Below, in pieces: positions 40,797-50,480 of a DNA stretch of 64,000 nt. The notes beneath the pieces were generated by a model. That model saw nothing but the letters and a program-made list of their open reading frames with translations. It searched no databases and had not been told where the DNA came from. The position numbers and the translations under genes were made by a program. The number at the start of each line of letters is the position of its first letter. Positions within the stretch are counted from its first letter, which is position 1. Source of the stretch: a virus; the IMG/VR virus record IMGVR_UViG_3300033149_004284, positions 1 through 64,000 of that record. The stretch is one strand, 5' to 3'.

Positions 40797-41246
40797 TCAT
40801 CTTGTGAATCTCTCTGGCCCAAAGCTCTCAAAAGGATAGTTTTGGACCAGCCTTCTTAGTATTGCCACAAAGTAGCGATTGTGCACTGAGCCTTTCCATC
40901 TCTCGTCTCTGTCCACCTGCAACACATGGGCAAACTCGTGCAGCACTACCCGCCAGACTCCCTCATATCCTCTTTTTACCCCACGCCAGACACACTCCTG
41001 TTCGAGCCTAGAGCCAACGCTGCCATACTGGTAGGCCCAGAGCAATCCTTCTCTGCCATAGGTGATGGCATGTGCCTGGCTTCGCTTGCCGCCACCTCGA
41101 TGGCGACTACCTGTGCCTCTCACTACCTCAGTGTAGAAGTGCAAGCCAACTCGCTCCTTGCGATAGAGTTCCTCGGTCAGCGCAACTGCGTACCGTGCTA
41201 GGCTTACTTGCTCAAGGCTTACTTCCTCAGTGTATACTTGCTCCAT
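40797..41246 (-). CDS. SprT-like zinc metallopeptidase
   Basis: VVLHEFAHVLQ followed by H...F. Confidence 0.65.
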   Translation of the reverse strand: MEQVYTEEVSLEQVSLARYAVALTEELYRKERVGLHFYTEVVRGTGSRHRGGGKRSQAHAITYGREGLLWAYQYGSVGSRLEQECVWRGVKRGYEGVWRVVLHEFAHVLQVDRDERWKGSVHNRYFVAILRRLVQNYPFESFGPERFTR

Positions 41247-41980
41247 ATCTACCTGCCCCGCCGCTTGCGCCTTGGGCAAGTAGGCAAATCTCGGTAGCAA
41301 CATACCGCGCATCTCCATCGGAAAGCCTTCTGGCAATCTTCTATCTCTCGCTTCCTAGCCATCTTCCGGTCCTTCGCCTCTAACCTCCTGGCAAGCCGCA
41401 GATACCGCATGGTGCCAGGCTTAGCGCCGCGTTCCTGGACACGAATGTCCAAGTCAGAATAATAGCCCACAATTCCCTCCTTTCGGCTACTTGCTCTTCT
41501 CTCTCCCACCTACTCCCTACTCTATCTTGTCCATTGCCGTAAAGTCCCCGCAAGATACCGTATACCTACCACGGCGCGCCTTGGGATGCTCATCAAAGGC
41601 AAGATAATCCCACGTGTTCCAGTTCCCTCTACCCTGTTCGTATGCAGCAACTACGGCTTGCTCAGGTGAACAGGTGTACCAACGCTCCTCTCCCGTATCA
41701 AGATTCTTTACTCTCATCATCTCCATCATACCAGAGCCATCTCGCGCGTCTCTTCATCTTCCCGCATAGCCGACGCAATCAAGTCCAGTATCCATACCGA
41801 CTCTTGGCCAAAGTCCACAATGCTCATTCCAGGATTCTCTGGATCGAAGATGAACCCGCAGGCCAGGCACTCCGTGTTGCCGTCGCCCAGTTCCTCCAAC
41901 TCGTGCGCCCCGCACATAGCACAGGTGTGAGACGCATAACTCTCTCTCTGATACATGGCTATCCTCCTTATACTCCACCC

Positions 41981-42448
41981 TTAATATTGACGGAAGCCCA
42001 TAGGCATCTCCTCTCTTCTCTCCCATGCCACTTGCTCTACTAGCTCCTCAGACCACTGAGGGTGTAGGATATGAAGCAACTCGTGTTCTAGGGTCGCTTG
42101 CCAATACCACTGACGCAAAGTCTCCGTTGGTATAAGTATGACCTTCGCCTTGCGATTAAGTGCCCTACCAGCAGACCGACACTGATATTGCGGAGGAATT
42201 GTCATTCTGGCTCGTGCATATTCCTCTTTATACTGGGCAATCCACTCATCATCAAACAAGTTGAAAACGTCAGTGGGCATCACGACAACTTTGACAGGAA
42301 CCTGAAGGTCCGCGCATCGCGCTTCCCACCAGGCCTCTGCCCGCCGCCGCGCCGCACCAGTTCTACTGCCCCTGTCGAGAAACCTTACTCCTCTCATCTG
42401 TCCCTCCTTAATATCTTGTGCCCCGCATATAGCGCAAGTGCGGGGCAC
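41981..42448 (-). CDS. HExxH metallopeptidase-like protein
   Basis: TLEHELLHILHP. Confidence 0.5.
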   Translation of the reverse strand: MPRTCAICGAQDIKEGQMRGVRFLDRGSRTGAARRRAEAWWEARCADLQVPVKVVVMPTDVFNLFDDEWIAQYKEEYARARMTIPPQYQCRSAGRALNRKAKVILIPTETLRQWYWQATLEHELLHILHPQWSEELVEQVAWERREEMPMGFRQY

Positions 42449-42725
42449 ACTTCCCCTCTACCTGCTCGCTGAATAGTTGCGTCGCATACTTGCAACTGCA
42501 TCCTCCAAGGACTCATAGTCGAAGCCAACGTCCTCTGTCTCGAAACGCGAGCCTTCACTGTCGATACCATGATAGAAGTACCCGAAGCCCCCGTTCGCCT
42601 TGAAAATCGTTCCCCAAGTTCCCGCTTGGGGGGGCTCACCTTCTGTCTCGGCTCCATGTGGTCTTTTCTTGGACACCAGAATTGTGATGTACGCCATGTT
42701 CCCTCCCTTGTCCTTCCGAGTTATG

Positions 42726-43008
42726 CCAGTTCTTCTGCCGCTAAGTCCTACTCCTCTCATCTGTCCCTCCAGTTCCATAGTCGCTAATCCAGTTCCCAGT
42801 TTCGCCTTTGACTGCCAGCCCTCAGTTCGACTATAGCCAGCAAATCGGCCAGTTCAGCTCGGCCAGTTCCTAGCCCCAGTTCGCCCCCTTGCCTAACTGC
42901 TGCTCGGTCTAGCAGTCGGACTGGCACGGGGGCTATAATAGCAGCCAGTTCAAAAGTGGCCAGTTCGGAGTGGCTAGCGGCCAGTTCCCAGTTCATAATG
43001 GCCAGTTT
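42726..43008. repeat. Co-oriented heptamer array CCAGTTY
   Basis: 13 copies counted by eye (one TCAGTTC variant), irregular spacing. Confidence 0.8.
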
Positions 43009-43085
43009 CCGCCCGCCTGGTGTAGCCATGGTTGGCCAAGGCTATGACTATGATCGATCCCAGGCTAGGCCGCCGGCGAAATAGA

Positions 43086-43664
43086 CTATGTTATGCTCGC
43101 GTACATTTCTGGTTTGTGTGTTTTTATCCAAGTGGCTGCGTTTGGTGGGTGTGTGCCCTCACCTCGCCAACTGATGCCGCCGCCGTTTGTGAGCTCGAGG
43201 ATGTCGGCCATAGAAGCCCAACTGGAGTAGCTAACGCCCTCATAGGTGGGTTTGCGTATACCTCGACTGTCACCGTTGCCACGTGGTCCGCCCGTGGACC
43301 CCTTGCGCTTTTTTCCATAGACGGTTTCTATTCTGTCTATGGCAGCGGTGCCGTCCTCACGTCGGCCAATGCAGAAGCTAGTTATGGCGTCGGGTATGGC
43401 TACGCTGTTGACCCGTTCGAGGATCGCTTTGGCACATGGCGCGAAATCCGCCGATAGCTTCTCTATGAGCTCATCGTGAATAGACCGCTCCAAAGACCGA
43501 ATCTCACGGGTTAGCGATCCGATAGTCCGAGCGAACATTATGGGATCTCTCTCCTCGAGATCGTAGCGCATGTCCTTCAAAGTTTCCAATTGTAACAGTG
43601 TTGCCGATGGCGTTTTGGTCGCTGCCACTTTACTAGTTATCGCCGTCGTCTTCTCATTAGGCAT
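43086..43664 (-). CDS. Hypothetical protein, first gene of the leftward region
   Basis: RBS GGAGGG; coiled coil plus basic C-terminal domain; downstream of promoter at 43803-43830. Confidence 0.65.
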   Translation of the reverse strand: MPNEKTTAITSKVAATKTPSATLLQLETLKDMRYDLEERDPIMFARTIGSLTREIRSLERSIHDELIEKLSADFAPCAKAILERVNSVAIPDAITSFCIGRREDGTAAIDRIETVYGKKRKGSTGGPRGNGDSRGIRKPTYEGVSYSSWASMADILELTNGGGISWRGEGTHPPNAATWIKTHKPEMYASIT

Positions 43665-43802
43665 GTCATTCCCTCCACATGCGTGACGCCGGCGGCCTAG
43701 CCTAGAGTCGATCCATATGGAGGTTGATCGGTCGCGGAGGTTCCTCCCCTCCCCTCACCCTCGCCCAACACCTCATTTTTTAAGGTACTCAAACCTACCC
43801 CC

Positions 43803-43830
43803 ATGATAGTCCTCGTGATGTAGATGTCAA
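43803..43830 (-). promoter_or_regulatory. Leftward sigma70-type early promoter
   Basis: TTGACA-16 nt-TATCAT. Confidence 0.65.
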
Positions 43831-44043
43831 ATCCGCTATTGTAGCGATGTGCGGTCGGTTGCTGTTTTCTATACCATAACACGACGACTCAAAAGCAGGT
43901 TTTCCTGCTTTATGGGAACCCTGGCGCAGGAAAGTGAGATGGGGATGGATAGCCCCAGCCTCCATTTCCCCCATGTCTGAAACTTTTCCCTCTGCATAAC
44001 AGCGTAAACGACTACAACCCGCTGCTAAGGACTAGGCTAGACC

Positions 44044-44119
44044 GTAGTTCACATAATGGTTATTAGCGGTTGGTTTACATAATGGCTATCTGTCTGTGGG
44101 TAGTTTACATAACGGCTAG
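44044..44119. repeat. Three direct repeats GTTYACATAAYGGYTA (operator/iteron-like)
   Basis: Three spaced copies just upstream of the rightward promoter; partial fourth copy near 46031. Confidence 0.7.
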
Positions 44120-44143
44120 ATAACCACTAGCCAAAATTGGGCC

Positions 44144-44172
44144 TTGACAAGAGTGCCAATTAGGTGTATAAT
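44144..44172 (+). promoter_or_regulatory. Consensus sigma70 promoter (rightward)
   Basis: TTGACA-17 nt-TATAAT. Confidence 0.9.
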
Positions 44173-44222
44173 AGTAATTGCTAGGCTAAAGGGCAGGCTG
44201 GGCAATCTATGTAGTGGCATCC

Positions 44223-44330
44223 GAGAAGTCGGCTTTTTCTCTCAGGCAACCAGGAAGGAAGTTCATTCCTTCCCCCTGTTTGGATGCCCAGGGTTGCCCT
44301 TGGTTGCCTGAGAGAAGAGGGCGACTTCTC
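44223..44330 (+). ncRNA. Candidate structured leader RNA (30-bp stem capped by a multibranch)
   Basis: 30-bp stem with one mismatch and two G-U pairs; inner hairpins GGAAGGAA/TTCCTTCC and CCCTG/CAGGG. Confidence 0.5.
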
Positions 44331-44380
44331 GTGTTATAGGCGATGCAAATAGGAGTAACCAGTAGATAAGCCGATTTGCT

Positions 44381-45121
44381 ATGAAGGAAATTCCCCTCAC
44401 GCAGGACAAGGTGGCCCTGGTTGATGACCAGGACTACGAATGGCTTAATCAGTGGAAATGGACGTATACTTCTAGGGGCTGCACAGGCTATGCTTATCGG
44501 AATGTCTATCAAGGCTCCCGATATGTTAGGTGTGTCTTTATGCACCGTTTCATACTGAATCCACCTCCTGGCTTGGAGACAGATCATATCAATGGCAATG
44601 GCTTGGATAACCGCCGTTGCAATCTGCGTGCGTGCACACATATCCAGAATTCATGGAATAGCCGCAAGCAACAAGGCGCTACGAGTCAGTACAAAGGAGT
44701 CTCCTGGGCACGGAAAAACCAATGCTGGAGGGCGTTTATACATCAAGGTGGTCAGCAGATATCGTTAGGCAACTTTGACTCAGAGGAGGCCGCAGCGCTT
44801 GCCTACAACTATGCTGCGATCAAACTACGGGGTAGCCATACTCTTCTCAACCTTGTCCCTGACGGCCCTCCTCCATCCCGTCGACTAAAAAAGCGTCCAG
44901 GAAAGACTTCTCGCTATGTAGGAGTCTCCTGGTCTCGCCAACCGCAAGGTTGGCGAGCTGAGATTCGAGTTAAAGGCAAGCTCATATATCTGGGTTGCTT
45001 CACCTCAGAGGATGAGGCAGCGCGGGTCTGGAATGCGGCAGCGCTGAAGTGGAGAGGACCAGGAGCCAAGCAAAACATAGTACAAGGAGAAAGAGATGAA
45101 TTTCTTGTTGAGCGAAGTTGA
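44381..45121 (+). CDS. HNH homing endonuclease with two AP2 domains
   Basis: MHRFI..TDHINGNGLDNRRCNLR; two S.Y.GVSW..W.A.I..LG.F.SE..AA repeats. Confidence 0.9.
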   Translation: MKEIPLTQDKVALVDDQDYEWLNQWKWTYTSRGCTGYAYRNVYQGSRYVRCVFMHRFILNPPPGLETDHINGNGLDNRRCNLRACTHIQNSWNSRKQQGATSQYKGVSWARKNQCWRAFIHQGGQQISLGNFDSEEAAALAYNYAAIKLRGSHTLLNLVPDGPPPSRRLKKRPGKTSRYVGVSWSRQPQGWRAEIRVKGKLIYLGCFTSEDEAARVWNAAALKWRGPGAKQNIVQGERDEFLVERS

Positions 45122-46019
45122 GTTGTCAAGAAAGCCAAGGCTCTCTTTTTCATGGAGCGAGAAGCCTGTGCCTGTTCCCTATCACCGCCCACGAGACCCA
45201 GAGAGAAGGAAAAGATACTGTAATTTCTATTCTACTGAGATCGGTCTCTTAAGCGGTAGTCGGGTTTTCAAGCACGGGCCATGTGGAATCTTTCAAGGAC
45301 CCGACCCATGCCCTTCCTGCAGAGCAAGCCGCAAGCGAGAGATTCGCCTCGACTTGTCTTTGGCAAAGGAGATTTTCTATTTCTATGTACTTGCCCCCTC
45401 CAAAACAGAATGGGATACTCTCACCAAATACTGGAAGCGTCACAACATTCTCTTCAAGTGGTGCTATCAGGGCGAGAACTTGCTCCGACTGGTCTTTCTC
45501 AGTGGATTCGACGAACGGATAGGCAAAAGAGGGGCCACTAGGGCGTCGAGTCTCAACTCTGTCTCACTTGACATGATAAGCCTCGATACAATCATGAATC
45601 AGATGCCGTTAGGGTCGAGTTTCCATGGAACATTGAGGGCCTCAAGGGGAGGAAGAGGGAAGCCAGAAGACGAGCAGACCGAGGATGTTCCCCCTGTACC
45701 TAAAGAGGCAATCCCCATAGAGGTCTTTTATGTTAAGGCTTCTCCTGGGGTCGAAGACGAAGCCTGGGATGCCGCCATGGAGAAGTCTTTGGATCTCAAC
45801 CCGAAAACTAGGCAAGAGCTTATCCAGGGAGTCAGGAGACGCTGTGCTATTTATAAAGCGGAGCTGATTGCTAGGAATGCTGTTATTTCATATTCTCGCT
45901 GGGAGAAACGTTATGTCCAAATAGCCCTATTGGATTGGGAATCCTACAATTCTATCTGGACAGCTGCCCATGAGAGGGCATTTAGTTTTGCCCTACCTAG
46001 CCGTGCTTATGTCAATTGA
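45096..46019 (+). CDS. Hypothetical protein with CG..CPSC motif (possible replication protein)
   Basis: 307-aa ORF overlapping the HNH stop. Confidence 0.5.
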   Translation: MNFLLSEVELSRKPRLSFSWSEKPVPVPYHRPRDPERRKRYCNFYSTEIGLLSGSRVFKHGPCGIFQGPDPCPSCRASRKREIRLDLSLAKEIFYFYVLAPSKTEWDTLTKYWKRHNILFKWCYQGENLLRLVFLSGFDERIGKRGATRASSLNSVSLDMISLDTIMNQMPLGSSFHGTLRASRGGRGKPEDEQTEDVPPVPKEAIPIEVFYVKASPGVEDEAWDAAMEKSLDLNPKTRQELIQGVRRRCAIYKAELIARNAVISYSRWEKRYVQIALLDWESYNSIWTAAHERAFSFALPSRAYVN

Positions 46020-46235
46020 CTAGCACGGCTGTTTACATAATCCACGATCTACTACATGGGCCTGAGCCACTAGAGTGGCCAGGTCTGAAAGGTGCTGTTT
46101 AAGAAATGTTTCTCTACTTCGCGCCAACACTCGGAAACTTCCTTCTCTGTCTGGTTTTTTTCCTGGCAGGTTGTCTCTACCTCTACAGTAAATGGTAGGC
46201 AGGGCCAGCAATCCATCTCAGTAGATACGACCTGC

Positions 46236-46763
46236 CTAGCTGCGTCTGGCCCCCCTCACTGCTGTCTTATGACCGATACCTATCTTCTCCTCAATCCAAA
46301 TGCGTGTATCAGGATGCAGTTGCATCTTATCCTTATTCGCCTGGTACCAAGTCTTGGTATTGTCTTCGTAACCCTGTGCCTTGCCAGCTCCCCGCCAATC
46401 TGCCAACATCTCTTTTCGGTAGCGATCAGGCATAGGTAAGACCTTGATATCACCATCATCCTCTCGCAAAACCCACCATTGCCAGTGATGCCTATTGCGA
46501 TGGATGTGCTTGAGCCAAGCTAAGTCGAACTTGTCCTGCACCTCCTGTTTCGTCAGACCGAAGAGCCGCCCCTTGGTCCCTGGCGCGAATCTGTGCCAAT
46601 CGGGATAGTTGCCGTAGAAGTATTTCGTATAGGGCCGCCATTCATCAGGCAGGAACTTGCTCCAATCATGCAAAAAGCCCAACCAAGGTATGCCTAACTT
46701 GCATGCCTCAACGAACACAAACCACTTATGTGCAATCATGTAGCGTAAATATTTCAGATACAT
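46236..46763 (-). CDS. DUF5662-like HD-fold protein
   Basis: HKWFV..LHDWSKF..AWLKHIHRNRHHW..EMLADWRGAG. Confidence 0.8.
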   Translation of the reverse strand: MYLKYLRYMIAHKWFVFVEACKLGIPWLGFLHDWSKFLPDEWRPYTKYFYGNYPDWHRFAPGTKGRLFGLTKQEVQDKFDLAWLKHIHRNRHHWQWWVLREDDGDIKVLPMPDRYRKEMLADWRGAGKAQGYEDNTKTWYQANKDKMQLHPDTRIWIEEKIGIGHKTAVRGARRS

Positions 46764-47333
46764 CTACTGCCTCCTTGCCCACCTCGCCGCTGGATCAACC
46801 CAGGCTCCCTTGTTATCCACTGCCAACTGACTCTTCAGTACAGCCAATATCTCGTCCCTCAGCGCAAACCTCTGCTCCACGGGCAAATGTCTGGCCACTA
46901 TCTCGGTTACTTTCTTGGCCATGGTTACAGCCACACTGACAGGAATCAGATAGCGTCGCTCTTGCTCGATCTTGTTCTTGGTCTGAACTAGCTTCCGAAT
47001 GGTGTCCAGCAGCAAGGCTAAGGTCCTCAAGTCTCCCTCTTTCTCAGCCTCAACCACCTTCTCCCTCGCTAGGGCAATCTCCCCCCTCAATTCCAACACC
47101 TCAGGGTCTTCGAGCTCCTGGCTTGACAGTTCTACCAAGTCCACAGGCTCGGCTACTGGCAATCGCTTGTCATGCAACCAGCAATAACCGACCCCCTTGT
47201 GGTTAGTTCTGGCTCCTGCCCATCTGTGACAGATGCCGTCTTTGCCTTCTTTGCAAGGCGCACCACAGATTCTGCTCGGATCATTGCGGGCTTTGGCAAG
47301 CCCAATTCTCACTTTGTCTGTTATCATGGGCAT
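46764..47333 (-). CDS. terS: Terminase small subunit-like protein (inverted relative to terL)
   Basis: CGA..C..AG..T.H.G.G.C.LH Zn motif, LRGEIALAR helical domain; adjacent to terL. Confidence 0.6.
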   Translation of the reverse strand: MPMITDKVRIGLAKARNDPSRICGAPCKEGKDGICHRWAGARTNHKGVGYCWLHDKRLPVAEPVDLVELSSQELEDPEVLELRGEIALAREKVVEAEKEGDLRTLALLLDTIRKLVQTKNKIEQERRYLIPVSVAVTMAKKVTEIVARHLPVEQRFALRDEILAVLKSQLAVDNKGAWVDPAARWARRQ

Positions 47334-47386
47334 GGTTCTTCTCCTAGATAGTCCATGGGGAGGCTCTGGTACTGTCTTGTAAGTAG

Positions 47387-47450
47387 ATACTAGCCGTTAT
47401 TTCGGAATTTGTCAAGCATACTTGACAATTCAGAAGTTTGCTGCTAAGAT
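47387..47450. promoter_or_regulatory. Back-to-back divergent sigma70 promoters
   Basis: Plus: TTGACA-17-TAAGAT (47422-47450); minus: TTGACA-17-TAGTAT (47415-47387); -35 boxes form TTGTCAAG-CATA-CTTGACAA. Confidence 0.8.
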
Positions 47451-47464
47451 AGAGACGAGAAAGA

Positions 47465-48325
47465 ATGGAGACTAAAGGCATGGAGACATCCTGGGACGCT
47501 AAAAGTCCACGCGCAGCCCTTGTTGAAACCTTCCTGACTGGCCTTGGCGAGGAGAAGACCAAGCCCAGGCGAGCTCGTCGGGACTTTGCATACTTCATAG
47601 AATATGTCTTTTCTGATCAGAGAGGAAAGCCCCTCAAGCTTCAGTGGTTCCACAGGCAAATGATCAAATATCTGATGTTTGAGAAGAGGGTGCTGGTACT
47701 CTTGCCGAGATCGTGGGGGAAAAGTACCATAGGCTCAGTAGCCTATCCGGCCTGGCGTCTTGGGGTAAACCGAGACCTCAGAATTATCATAGCATCAAAT
47801 ACTATAACGCAAGCTAAGTGGTGGTTATCTGAGATCGAGAACTTGATGCTCAAGAATGATAACTTTCACGAGGTATTCGGCTTCATGGTTCCCAAGCCTA
47901 GGACGCTTCGCTGGACTGATACCGAGAAGCGAGTACTTGGGCGTTCTCCTTACGCTATGCACTCCTCACTTCTAGCCACGGGCATTGGTAGTGCATTGCT
48001 AGGAGCTAGAGCGGATGTTATCATTGCCGATGATTGTATCGGTGAAAGAGAGGCCATTTCACCTATCCAGCGCAAGCAAGCCTCGACCTGGTTCTGGAAA
48101 GTTCTCCTCAACACGTTAGAGCCTGATGGCCAGGTGGTCGTCCTCGGCTCTCCCTGGGGGCCCAATGACCTCTACAAGGAAATCCAGGAGAGATGGAAGG
48201 ATCTCCCGTCTGAGATGGCTACCTGGCAACGAGGCGACTTCGTTATGCCAGGGGATTATCCCAGCCAAAGTCAACTGCGTAAGATGGAGCGAGAAGGCAG
48301 CCTGGACCCACTGAGGAATGTTTGA
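47465..48325 (+). CDS. terL: Terminase large subunit, ATPase half
   Basis: LPRSWGKST Walker A, GARADVIIADD Walker B, VVLGSPW..DLY motif III. Confidence 0.9.
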   Translation: METKGMETSWDAKSPRAALVETFLTGLGEEKTKPRRARRDFAYFIEYVFSDQRGKPLKLQWFHRQMIKYLMFEKRVLVLLPRSWGKSTIGSVAYPAWRLGVNRDLRIIIASNTITQAKWWLSEIENLMLKNDNFHEVFGFMVPKPRTLRWTDTEKRVLGRSPYAMHSSLLATGIGSALLGARADVIIADDCIGEREAISPIQRKQASTWFWKVLLNTLEPDGQVVVLGSPWGPNDLYKEIQERWKDLPSEMATWQRGDFVMPGDYPSQSQLRKMEREGSLDPLRNV

Positions 48326-48375
48326 TAACTTAGCCCCACTAGAACCTAGACCCACTAGAGAATGTTTGATAACTT
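48301..48375. repeat. Imperfect 31-bp direct repeat at the terL break
   Basis: CCTRGACCCACT...GAATGTTTGATAACTT at 48301 and 48345. Confidence 0.8.
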
Positions 48376-48387
48376 TGAGGAGGGAAA

Positions 48388-48876
48388 ATGTTTGACGACG
48401 TGATAGTAACTGACAAGTATGGAGCTCCAACAATGAGAGGGGAAGTGACCAGATATGGTCTCGTAACAAAGAATCCTGATGATGTCAGAGGTGGCCTATA
48501 CTGCTGGTATAAGCTAAAAAAGGCAGATGAATTTCTCCTCGCCTACAGGATCGAGGCAAGTAAAAAGCCCGTAGTTGAGCACACAGATGTGGAGGAGTGG
48601 TATCCTGTTACGCTCAGAGAGTCTTTCAAGATAGCAGGAAAAGGGCGATTCATGTTCGAGGAAGGAGAAGGGCCCCATATCTGGTTCAGACTCTCGACGT
48701 TTACCACACCTAACAGGCTGAGGGCCAGGATAGCCGCAGTCAGGTCTGGCTGGCAACGATTCAGGCTTGCAGTTAAGTTTCTAAGAAGACGCCTTCGGGA
48801 AACCCTGGAGATTCTGAAGCCTGTCTATCGAAGAAGTGCCCGTCTCACTAATCCCCTCAGATGGCCTGGATATTAG
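48388..48876 (+). CDS. Hypothetical protein between the terL halves
   Basis: RBS GAGGAGG; 162 aa; no recognised motif. Confidence 0.7.
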   Translation: MFDDVIVTDKYGAPTMRGEVTRYGLVTKNPDDVRGGLYCWYKLKKADEFLLAYRIEASKKPVVEHTDVEEWYPVTLRESFKIAGKGRFMFEEGEGPHIWFRLSTFTTPNRLRARIAAVRSGWQRFRLAVKFLRRRLRETLEILKPVYRRSARLTNPLRWPGY

Positions 48877-49793
48877 GGAGCATCGCCCCGATAGGCTGGG
48901 GGGAAGAGCATTGGAGGTTTATTATCGCTGGCATCTTGATCATACCTGCTCTAACGAACGACTCAGAAGGTAACCAGATCTCGAATTGGCCTGACCGCTG
49001 GCCTCTGAATCGTCTCCTGGCTAAGAAGCAGGAGATTGGTCCCATCCCTTTCTCTAGCCAGTTTATGCTTGATCCCGTTAACTTGGAACACGCATTCCTC
49101 AAACGGGAATGGCTGCAATTCTACCTAGATGAAGACCTTCCTGACCTTATCAACTATATCGGAGTGGACCCGTCACCCTCAGGCAGGCAAGGTACTGACT
49201 ACTTCGCCCTCGCTGTTCTAGGGGTAGATGTTGCCCATGTGGGATATCTCGAATCTGCCTACCGCATCCAAATCGATCCCCTGGAGCAGGCTCAGCGTAT
49301 CCGCATTGAGGCGGGGGTCTGGCATCCAGCTTTAGTCATGGTAGAAGCCGTGGCAGCTCAAGCTCTCTTTACTCGCTATATGCTTCAGGACGTTACCTTT
49401 CCTCTCCGCGAGGGCACGACCAGATTTCCCAAGGAGCTTCGCTATGTCTCAATGTCTCGCTTATTCGCAAGTGGCAGAATCAAGATCAGAGGCAAGCGAA
49501 ACAGTGACGGCGAGATCGTGCCTGCTGACTCTGTTGCCGACTTTGTTGAAGAGTGGGTAGGCTATGCGCCTAAGGGGCCTCGGGACGACACTTTGGATGC
49601 TGTCGAGAAGGCTATTGAGGCCTCTCAGCTAATCTCAGGCAATCCTGTATTCCAGGCATCTCGCCCTGAAAATGTTCCTGTGGGTCGGGGGACGCATCCT
49701 GGACTTGCAAGTGGCGGCAACTTGCTGAGAGGGACCCGAACGCCATTTGGGAACAGGCAGCTGCGCTCGCGGCGATCCCTAGGGAGACGATAG
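48861..49793 (+). CDS. terL: Terminase large subunit, nuclease half (start uncertain)
   Basis: IPAL..WPDRW..FSSQFMLDP, IGVDPS..DYFA, VEAVAAQ, RDDTLDA. Confidence 0.9.
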   Translation: MAWILGSIAPIGWGEEHWRFIIAGILIIPALTNDSEGNQISNWPDRWPLNRLLAKKQEIGPIPFSSQFMLDPVNLEHAFLKREWLQFYLDEDLPDLINYIGVDPSPSGRQGTDYFALAVLGVDVAHVGYLESAYRIQIDPLEQAQRIRIEAGVWHPALVMVEAVAAQALFTRYMLQDVTFPLREGTTRFPKELRYVSMSRLFASGRIKIRGKRNSDGEIVPADSVADFVEEWVGYAPKGPRDDTLDAVEKAIEASQLISGNPVFQASRPENVPVGRGTHPGLASGGNLLRGTRTPFGNRQLRSRRSLGRR

Positions 49794-49829
49794 GTTTAGC
49801 GAGATACACCTTCTACTGGGAGGAAGACA

Positions 49830-50408
49830 ATGACGAGAATACGTTCCTGGTTCCGAGACACAGTTGAACGAATAGTTGAAGACCATCTTGAGAGTCGCTT
49901 TGTTGAGATGCGTGGCGAGCTCTCCTCGAGTATCAGCCAGACCCAGAACGGCCTAGCTGCCGAGATCAAAGAGCGAGAAGACCGCATTCTGGGCCAATTG
50001 AAGAATACCGAGAAGGCTATCCAGAGACGTCTCAAAGGCCAACTCACCTACTACCTTGAGAAGAAAATCAAGGCTCCTGATATCCTGGTTCAGGAGGAGC
50101 TCCAGCCTGAAATCGGAACTGACTATATCTTGGTAAACCTCGAGGTGAAAAACAACCAGCCTATCATGTTTGGGGGCAATCTGAATCTGGCCAATCTTGG
50201 GCGAGGGGACGCCGTGAATCTCGTCTGTCTTTATACCGATCATAAGGGTTCTGAGTCCACCTTCTTCAGACATGAAATCAGAGGCCCGCTTGATGACCCT
50301 TTCTACATTGTTGAGCCTCAAGTAGTAACTGCGGGAGCGAGAATAGTCTTCCGAGCTCTGCAGGGGCGCTCTCGACCTTTTACTTACTGCTTTTATCGCT
50401 GGATATAG
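49830..50408 (+). CDS. Hypothetical protein (coiled coil plus beta domain) between terL and portal
   Basis: RBS GGAGG; 192 aa. Confidence 0.65.
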   Translation: MTRIRSWFRDTVERIVEDHLESRFVEMRGELSSSISQTQNGLAAEIKEREDRILGQLKNTEKAIQRRLKGQLTYYLEKKIKAPDILVQEELQPEIGTDYILVNLEVKNNQPIMFGGNLNLANLGRGDAVNLVCLYTDHKGSESTFFRHEIRGPLDDPFYIVEPQVVTAGARIVFRALQGRSRPFTYCFYRWI

Positions 50409-50480
50409 TTGTTGCGAATAGACTGATGGCGCAGGGGGCTCTGCTAAGTTGTGATAAGCTGGTCTAAGGAGATATCCATT

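Noticed and set aside
48180-48930. Intein or homing-endonuclease intron in terL
   Set aside because: No Hint blocks, the inserted ORF lacks endonuclease motifs, and no intron core was recognisable by eye; not formally excluded
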